Assembly (NCBI GenBank): GCA_965204735.1
Contig: OZ242008.1
Location: 3,072,001 to 3,136,000 of the forward strand
DNA from: Longimicrobiales bacterium
Lineage (GTDB): Bacteria; Gemmatimonadota; Gemmatimonadetes; Longimicrobiales; Gaopeijiaceae
Direction: 5' to 3'
Length of the DNA: 64,000 nt
Shown here one piece after another: positions 57,498-64,000 of the stretch; position 1 is the first letter of the stretch; each line of letters starts with the position of its first letter. The notes under the pieces are model-generated. The model was not told the DNA's origin, searched no databases, and saw only the letters and a program-made list of their open reading frames with translations. The translations under genes and the position numbers were made by a program.

Positions 57498-57866
57498 GGC
57501 CGAACGGTGCGCGGGGCGGAACAGGCGGCGGATCCTGCGGAAGAGCAAGGTACCGCCGACGTTGCTGGTCGGCGAGTTCAGTGGCCGCCGCGCTGGTTCG
57601 GCCGCCGCCGCACTGGCTCACCGGCCTGGACGCGGCGCCGGCCCGCCGTCAGTCCTTCGGGATCGGCGCCGACATCGTGAGCCGCTACGGCGCCGCGCCA
57701 GCTTGCCGGGACGCGACGCTGGTCGGCGGCCTGCCGCACCACGTGTCGCACTGGCTCACCGGCCCGCACTGGCTCACCGGCCCTTGGTGGTGAATACTTG
57801 TTCCTCGTCGACCTCGCCCCCGGGGCGTCCGGCCTTCCTTTCTCGCTCGACAAGAAAGCGCAAGCT

Positions 57867-58400
57867 ATGCGAACCCACTCTCGCCCGCCCATCCGTCGGC
57901 GCTGGTCCTGCCTGGCCCTCGCGACGGTGCTGACCCTGTGTCCCGCCGTCGCCTGCTCGGGTCAGGCCGACAGCTCCCCGCCCCACCCCGAGGAGGCCGC
58001 CGTCGTCCAGGTGGTCGAGCAGCTCTTCGAGGCGATGCGGACGAACGACGGCGAGCTGGCCGCCGCCGTCTTCCACCCCGAGGCCCGCCTGGGACGCGCC
58101 ACCAACGAGGGCATCTCGTTCACCCCTGTGGACGGCTTCGTCGAGGCCGTGGGCAGGGAGAAGGACCAGACGTGGGACGAGCCCATATGGGACTGGACGG
58201 TCCGAGTGGACGGACGGCTCGCCCAGATGTGGACCAAGTACGCCTTCTACCTGGACGGCGCGTTCAGCCATTGCGGCAGCGACGCCTTCGACCTCTACAA
58301 GTCGGACTCGGGGTGGCAGGTCGTCCAGCTGGTGGACACGAGCCGGCAAGAAGATTGCTGGTACCCGCCCGGGCGCGAGCCGGCGGAGAGCGAGCCGTGA
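57867..58400 (+). CDS. Secreted NTF2-like (SnoaL/lumazine-binding-like) protein
   Basis: 'QLFEAMR', 'WDEPIW...VDGRLAQMWTKYAFY...SHCG'; signal peptide. Confidence 0.82.
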   Translation: MRTHSRPPIRRRWSCLALATVLTLCPAVACSGQADSSPPHPEEAAVVQVVEQLFEAMRTNDGELAAAVFHPEARLGRATNEGISFTPVDGFVEAVGREKDQTWDEPIWDWTVRVDGRLAQMWTKYAFYLDGAFSHCGSDAFDLYKSDSGWQVVQLVDTSRQEDCWYPPGREPAESEP

Positions 58401-60361
58401 GCTGCGGGCGGGCCCCGCCGGGTCCGCACCGCTCCGCCCACGTCCTGGAGCGAGCCGTGAGCTGCGGGCGGGCCGGTCGAGCGACCGCCGCCCTTGCTCT
58501 GACGACCGGCGTCCTCGCGGCGGCTTGTTCGGGGGCCGGCTCGGGGCGGGACCGGCCGGCAGATGTGGAAGAGCTGGCTCGGGCGGTCAAGGACCAGATC
58601 GCCGTCGACGACCTGCTGGCCTACTCCGCCGCGGTGGCCGAACACGTGCGCCCTTCGGGAGGCCCTGGCGAAAACGCCGCCATCGACACGATCGTGGCGG
58701 TCTTGGAGGCTCGCGGCGTGCCCGTCGTCGTCCACGAGCTCGTGGCGTACGCGAGCGATCCCGTGTCTGCATCGGTCTCGGTTCCCGGAACGGACTTTCG
58801 CCCCCGCGCCATCACAATGGCCTATTCGGCCTCGACGGGGTCCGGCGGCGTCGAGGGCAGGGCCGTGGACATGGGCGGCTTGGCGAACCTGCCCCGCTTG
58901 GAGACGGGCACGGGGGAGCGGTTGGTGATCAAGGGCGAAGCCTTCGGCGCGGAGCTTCCCGACCTGACCGGCGCGGTCGCCTTCGTCGACGGCCAGCCCC
59001 GCAACGTGCCCACGACCGTGCTGGAGCGCATGGGAGCAACGGCCGTGGTCTTCGTCAACCCGGAAGAGCGCCTCAACGAGCTGATCGTCACGTCCACCTG
59101 GGGCAGCCCGTCCCTGATGAACCACCATCGGCTGCCGACGATTCCCGTGGCCCAGATCGCGCGGAGCGCCGGGGACGAGCTGCGCCGCCTGAAGGCCGCC
59201 GGACCTGTGCGCCTACGGGTCGAGACCGAGCTGCGGACGGGGTGGACGCCGATGCGCCTGGCGGTGGCGACCGTGGAACCGGGCGTGACGGACGAGCGGG
59301 CGGCAGAGGAAGTGTCGTCGGGCGCGCCCACGGCGACCGGGGCGTCCTCGGAAGCCGGCGCCCCCTTCGTGCTGCTGGGCGGTCACATAGACGGATGGCA
59401 CCACGGGGCCACCGACGAGGCCGCGTCCAATGGGGCGATGCTCGCCCTGGCCTTGGCTTTCCACGAGGTCCGGGACCGGTTGCGCCACGGGCTTCGGGTC
59501 GCGTGGTGGCCGGGCCACAGCAACGCTCGATACGCCGGTTCGACTTGGTACGCCGACGAGTTCTTCACCGAACTCCGTCAACGCGGACTGGCGTACATGA
59601 ACATCGACGGGGTCGGGCAGATCGGCGCCAAGCGGTTCGGGGCGACCGCGTCGGAAGCCTTCGGCGAGTTCGCGGCCCGCGTGGTGGAGCGGACGGAAGG
59701 CGCAGAGGTTGCCGCCTCCCGGCCCGGCCGCAACTCGGACCAGGCGTTCAACGGCGTCGGCCTGCCGCTGATCCAGTTCAATCACACGCGCCTGGCGGAG
59801 GACGGCGGCTACTGGTGGTGGCACACGCCGGACGACACCTACGACAAGATCGACGGCGCGGTCCTCAAGACGGACACCGACATCTACGCCGACGCGCTGG
59901 TCGAGATGCTGACCGGCGCTCCGTTTCCGGTCAGCCTATCGGACCAAGTGGCGGCGCTGGGCAAGGCCATGGCGGCACGGGACGACGAGTCGGGCGGCGC
60001 GACGAGGCTCGGCGAGCGCTTGGCCGGACGCATGGCGGAGCTTCGGAAAGTCGCCGAGCGTCTCGACGGCTTGGCGGAAGCGGGCCGGGTGAATCCCCTG
60101 GAGCAAGTCGCGGTCCTTCGACCGCTTCATCGGGTCATGTACGTGCCTCTCAACGTCTACCATCCGGATCCGGGCGTGCGCTTGGGACCCCTTCCCGGCC
60201 TGGCTCCAGCCGCCGTCCTGGCCGACGAGAGCACCCATCCGGATCGGAGGGGCTTTGCCGCTCCGGTGGCGGCACGGGAACGCAACCGCCTGATCGAGGC
60301 GGTGGACGACGCGCTGGCAGAGGCTCGACGGGTCGTTGCGGCCGCTGGAGAACGTCGATGA
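58397..60361 (+). CDS. M28-family peptidase with PA-like domain, lipoprotein
   Basis: 'GGHIDGWHHGATD', 'WWPGHS', 'YMNIDG', 'WWWHTPDDT'; start at GTG 58397 or 58457. Confidence 0.85.
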   Translation: MSCGRAPPGPHRSAHVLERAVSCGRAGRATAALALTTGVLAAACSGAGSGRDRPADVEELARAVKDQIAVDDLLAYSAAVAEHVRPSGGPGENAAIDTIVAVLEARGVPVVVHELVAYASDPVSASVSVPGTDFRPRAITMAYSASTGSGGVEGRAVDMGGLANLPRLETGTGERLVIKGEAFGAELPDLTGAVAFVDGQPRNVPTTVLERMGATAVVFVNPEERLNELIVTSTWGSPSLMNHHRLPTIPVAQIARSAGDELRRLKAAGPVRLRVETELRTGWTPMRLAVATVEPGVTDERAAEEVSSGAPTATGASSEAGAPFVLLGGHIDGWHHGATDEAASNGAMLALALAFHEVRDRLRHGLRVAWWPGHSNARYAGSTWYADEFFTELRQRGLAYMNIDGVGQIGAKRFGATASEAFGEFAARVVERTEGAEVAASRPGRNSDQAFNGVGLPLIQFNHTRLAEDGGYWWWHTPDDTYDKIDGAVLKTDTDIYADALVEMLTGAPFPVSLSDQVAALGKAMAARDDESGGATRLGERLAGRMAELRKVAERLDGLAEAGRVNPLEQVAVLRPLHRVMYVPLNVYHPDPGVRLGPLPGLAPAAVLADESTHPDRRGFAAPVAARERNRLIEAVDDALAEARRVVAAAGERR

Positions 60362-62310
60362 CCGCCCCTTCGGCCATGGCGCCGGCCGTCTGGTCCGCTT
60401 TGCGCGTCGTGGCCCCGGCCCTCGCTCTGGCCGCCTGCTCCGCCCAGCCCCCCGCCACCTCCCACCCCGTCCGCGACGGCGACTGGCCGTTCTATGGTCG
60501 CGACGCCGGCGGCGCCAAGCACTCCCCCCTGGCGCAGATCAACCGCGCCAACGTGGCCCAGCTTCAAGTCGCCTGGACCTGGGAGACCGGCGAAGAGCCC
60601 ATACCGGGACCCATGTCGCCCATCCGCGGCCAACGGGTCCGTCCCGGCAACTTCGAGGCCACCCCCGTCGCCTACGACGGCGTCCTCTACCTTTCGACGC
60701 CCTACAACCGAGTGGTGGCGCTGGACGGAAGCACCGGCTTGCCCCATTGGGAGTACGATCCCGGCACCGTGGAGTGGGGCCAGCCGCCGAACGGCACCGG
60801 CTTTGTTCACCGGGGCGTAGCGCTATGGCAAGGCCCCGGCGAGCGGCGGTTGTTCCTCAACACCCGCTGGCGACTGATCGCCATCGACGCCGACACCGGG
60901 CAGCCCGTCGAGTCCTTCGGCCACATGGGCGAGATCGACCTGACCGAGAATCTGATCTGGCCCACCAACCGGCTCCACTACACGCAGACGTCGCCGCCCG
61001 TTGTCTTCGAGGAGTTGGTGATCCTCGGCAACGGGGTGTGGGACGGATTCGTCTATCCTCGGGATCCGCCGGGCGCGATCCAGGCGTTCGACGCGCGCAC
61101 CGGAAAGCTGGCTTGGTCGTTCAACTTGATCCCCCAGCCCGGCGAGTTCGGCAACGAGACCTGGGAAGACGGAAGCTGGGACTACACGGGCCACACCAAC
61201 GCCTGGGCGCCGATGGTCGTGGACGAGGAGAGGGGGCTGCTCTTCGCCGGCGTCGGCACGCCTTCCAACGACTACTACGGAGGCCACCGAAAGGGCGACA
61301 ACCTGTACGCCGAGTCCCTCGTGGCCATCGACGCGCGCACTGGGACGAGGGAATGGCACTATCAGACGGTGCACCACGGGCTCTGGGACTTCGACCTGCC
61401 CGGCGCGCCCGTCCTCATGACCTTGGCCGTGGACGGCCGGGTCGTGGACGCGGTGGCCGTGGCCGGGAAGACCGGTTTCGTGTACACCTTCGAGCGGGAG
61501 ACGGGCGAACCCGTCTGGCCGATCGAGGAGCGCCCGGTGCCGGCCAGCGACGTCCCCGGCGAGACGACGGCGGCCACGCAGCCGTTTCCGACCCGCCCGC
61601 CCGCCTTCGCGGCCCAGGGGTTCTCGCGGGAAGACCTGATCGACCTGACTCCGGCCTTGCGCCGGGAAGCCGAAGCTCTGGTCGCCGGCTACCGCTTCGG
61701 CCCCCTCTTCACGCCTCCGTCGATGGAGGGCGCCTTCGCCATGCCCGGCATCCTGGGGGGAGGCAACTGGGGCGGGGCCGCGTTCGACCCGGAGTCCGGC
61801 TTCCTCTTCGTCAAGTCCTCCGAAGAGCCCAGCCTGCTGAAGATCGGACCCGCCGACCCCGAGACCACTGTGGCGGAGTACGCAATAGACAGAAGTTCCT
61901 TCCGCACACTTCGCGTGGCCGGCAACGTTCCCATCTCGAACCCGCCTTGGGGGACCGTCACCGCCATCGACATGGGCGCCGGCGAGATCGCTTGGCAGGA
62001 ACCGGTGGGCGAGCGCCCGGAGATCAGGAACAACCCGGCCCTGGCAGGGGTCGCGCTGCCGGCGCGGCTGGGCGTCGTCGGTCCGCCGGGACCCTTTGCG
62101 ACCGCAGGCGGACTGGTCTTCCTGACCGGCGGCTCCGACGTTCTCTACGCCTTCGACAAGGACTCGGGCGACGTGATCTGGGAAGGGCGGCTCCCGGCTC
62201 CGGGCTATGCGAACCCCATGACGTTTCTGGCCGCGGACGGTCGGCAGCTGGTGGTGATCGCCACCGGCGGACCGGAGGGCGGGACGCTGGTGGCGTTCGG
62301 GCTGCCGTAG
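60358..62310 (+). CDS. PQQ-dependent (glucose/quinate-type) dehydrogenase lipoprotein
   Basis: 'DWPFYGRD', 'SPLAQIN', 'HRGV', 'HHGLWDFD', 'GGGNWGG', 'LVAFGLP'. Confidence 0.92.
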   Translation: MTAPSAMAPAVWSALRVVAPALALAACSAQPPATSHPVRDGDWPFYGRDAGGAKHSPLAQINRANVAQLQVAWTWETGEEPIPGPMSPIRGQRVRPGNFEATPVAYDGVLYLSTPYNRVVALDGSTGLPHWEYDPGTVEWGQPPNGTGFVHRGVALWQGPGERRLFLNTRWRLIAIDADTGQPVESFGHMGEIDLTENLIWPTNRLHYTQTSPPVVFEELVILGNGVWDGFVYPRDPPGAIQAFDARTGKLAWSFNLIPQPGEFGNETWEDGSWDYTGHTNAWAPMVVDEERGLLFAGVGTPSNDYYGGHRKGDNLYAESLVAIDARTGTREWHYQTVHHGLWDFDLPGAPVLMTLAVDGRVVDAVAVAGKTGFVYTFERETGEPVWPIEERPVPASDVPGETTAATQPFPTRPPAFAAQGFSREDLIDLTPALRREAEALVAGYRFGPLFTPPSMEGAFAMPGILGGGNWGGAAFDPESGFLFVKSSEEPSLLKIGPADPETTVAEYAIDRSSFRTLRVAGNVPISNPPWGTVTAIDMGAGEIAWQEPVGERPEIRNNPALAGVALPARLGVVGPPGPFATAGGLVFLTGGSDVLYAFDKDSGDVIWEGRLPAPGYANPMTFLAADGRQLVVIATGGPEGGTLVAFGLP

Positions 62311-62313
62311 GTC

Positions 62314-63681
62314 GTGGAACCGCGCGAACGGGTGGCGGCCAAGCCGTGCGCGGGCGTCGGGTCGGCCCCGAGGTCGTCGGTCGCGGCGGCGCTGCTCCCA
62401 GCCAAGTGGGCGCTGGCGTCGCTGCTCCTGGCGTCCTGCGGCGGCGCCCCCACCGAACCGGCGGTCGCCACCTTGAGGGTGGAGCCCAAGGAAGCCCTGA
62501 TCGTGGGCGCGGGCGGGTCGGCGACCTTCACGGCCATTGCCTTGGACGCCGACGGAGCGCTGGTGCGGGTCTCGCCCGAGTGGTCGGTCGGCAACGGCGA
62601 GGTGGCCTCCGTCGGGAGCGGGGGCTCCGCCGTCGGCATCGCCGGCGGCGCCACCACCGTGACCGCATCCGTGGACGGACTGCGGGCCAGCGCCCGCTTG
62701 GAGGTGTACGTCCCGGCGGAAGTCGCCCATTACGAGCCCGGACGAAGCTACTTCGGCCGTCGCAACTACGTGGAGTACGTCCCCGGCGAGCTTCCCCTGA
62801 TCCTGTCGGCTTCTCACGGAGGCGTGGCGCTGCCGCGGGAGGTCCCCGACCGCGCGTGGGGCACGCTTCGTGCCGATCGCAACACGCTGGAGCTCGCTCT
62901 TGCCATGCGCGACGCCTTGGTGGAGCTGACCGGCTTCGCGCCTCACCTTGTTCTCTCTCACCTCCACCGGAGCAAGCTGGACCCGAACCGGGAGATCGAG
63001 GAGGCCGCCCAGGGCAACATCTACGCCGAACAGGCGTGGCGGGAGTTCCACGACCTGACCCGCACCGCTCGCGCAACCGTCTGGGGCGCCTTCGGCGAGG
63101 GATTGTACTTGGACGTCCACGGTCACAGCCACGACATCCCGCGCGTCGAGCTGGGCTACCTCCTCACCGCCGACAAGCTGAACGAGCCCGACGCCTCCTT
63201 GAACAGCTTGGCGGTAGTGCGCTGCACCAGCATCCGAGAACTGGGACGCGACTCGCCCATACCCTTTTCGCGGCTCTTGCGGGGCGCAACTTCCTTCGGC
63301 GGCTTGCTGCAGGAAGAAGGCGTGCGGTCGGTGCCCAGCCCGTCCGACCCGTCTCCCGGCGACGATCCCTATTGGCGGGGCGGCTACAACACCCGCGAGC
63401 ACGGCTCTCGATCCGACGGCGAGCTGATCAGCGGCATCCAGCTGGAGCACCACTGGTCCGGGCTTCGGGACACGGAGGAAAACCGCCGGGAGTACGCCGC
63501 CCGGGCCGCTCGGGTGGTCAAGCGCTTCATGACGGAGCACTTCGGGTACTTCGAGCCGGGGAGCGGGACGCGGGCCGGCGCGTCGCTGATGTCGCTGGAC
63601 GGTCGGGTCCACGCGACGGCGCCGGCGGGAAGAATCGCCCAGGCGGGCGCCACGGCCGCTCAGACCGAGGCGTGCCCCTGA
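62314..63681 (+). CDS. Lipoprotein with an Ig-like domain and an N-formylglutamate-amidohydrolase-like domain
   Basis: Lipobox LASC; Big-like 'WSVGNGEVASV..G'; 'PLILSASHGG', 'LDPNR', 'LDVHGH', 'IQLE'. Confidence 0.78.
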   Translation: MEPRERVAAKPCAGVGSAPRSSVAAALLPAKWALASLLLASCGGAPTEPAVATLRVEPKEALIVGAGGSATFTAIALDADGALVRVSPEWSVGNGEVASVGSGGSAVGIAGGATTVTASVDGLRASARLEVYVPAEVAHYEPGRSYFGRRNYVEYVPGELPLILSASHGGVALPREVPDRAWGTLRADRNTLELALAMRDALVELTGFAPHLVLSHLHRSKLDPNREIEEAAQGNIYAEQAWREFHDLTRTARATVWGAFGEGLYLDVHGHSHDIPRVELGYLLTADKLNEPDASLNSLAVVRCTSIRELGRDSPIPFSRLLRGATSFGGLLQEEGVRSVPSPSDPSPGDDPYWRGGYNTREHGSRSDGELISGIQLEHHWSGLRDTEENRREYAARAARVVKRFMTEHFGYFEPGSGTRAGASLMSLDGRVHATAPAGRIAQAGATAAQTEACP

Positions 63682-63861
63682 CGTACGCCCGGGGAGCCTC
63701 CGTTCGCTCGGCGTGCTTGTCGTCGCACCGCCGCGCCCCTGACCTACGCCCGAGGAAGCCCGGAAAAGAGTCCGGCCTCGGCCCAGGCCTATCGGCCCTT
63801 GGCCCGGCCGGAGGAGGCCGAGCCCAGATGGAGGAAGCTGAGGCCTGGACCAGCGCCGGCG

Positions 63862-63999
63862 CTAGCGCCCGATGCGCAATCCGAGCTGGAACTGCTGCTG
63901 GTCGTGCACTCCCGCCACGATCCTGCGGCTCCCCTGAACGATCCACTGGGGCTTGATCTCGTAGGCGAGCCCAATCGTCCACTGGCCGCCCAGCCCGTT
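63862..63999 (-). CDS. 3' end of a gene running in from outside the window, possibly an outer-membrane beta-barrel
   Basis: Frame NGLGGQWTIGLAYEIKPQWIVQGSRRIVAGVHDQQQFQLGLRIGR* has alternating beta-strand patterning. Confidence 0.45.
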   Translation of the reverse strand, partial: NGLGGQWTIGLAYEIKPQWIVQGSRRIVAGVHDQQQFQLGLRIGR

Positions 64000-64000
64000 G

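Overview
High-GC bacterial chromosomal segment. The gene families and style suggest Gemmatimonadota (inference, not verified). Left end (1-4.1 kb): the tail of a translationally coupled three-gene operon of uncharacterised, defence/RM-accessory-like proteins, then a class II Fic gene. Next is a minus-strand operon: an atypical class A beta-lactamase homologue, two YecA/UPF0149-SEC-C paralogues, a methyltransferase and an amidohydrolase. The window also holds tRNA-Lys(UUU), transporters and hydrolases, an A1-type cytochrome c oxidase operon led by a trihaem cytochrome c, a probable 6S RNA, housekeeping genes (fumC, trxB, mlaEFD, rho, thyX), four tandem GT-C membrane glycosyltransferase paralogues, a HEPN-MNT toxin-antitoxin pair coupled to thyX, and secreted enzymes. 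Two 1860-bp copies of an IS1202-family (ISNCY) element each have their own 17-bp target duplication. The most striking observation is that both copies inserted in the same orientation and at the same distance upstream of a predicted sigma70 promoter (-35 box 2 nt from the target duplication), suggesting promoter-targeted transposition. The element's 425-bp non-coding 3' tail shows compensatory substitutions between the copies, suggesting a structured RNA. Start codons were chosen by eye from RBS and stop/start overlaps; no database searches were run.
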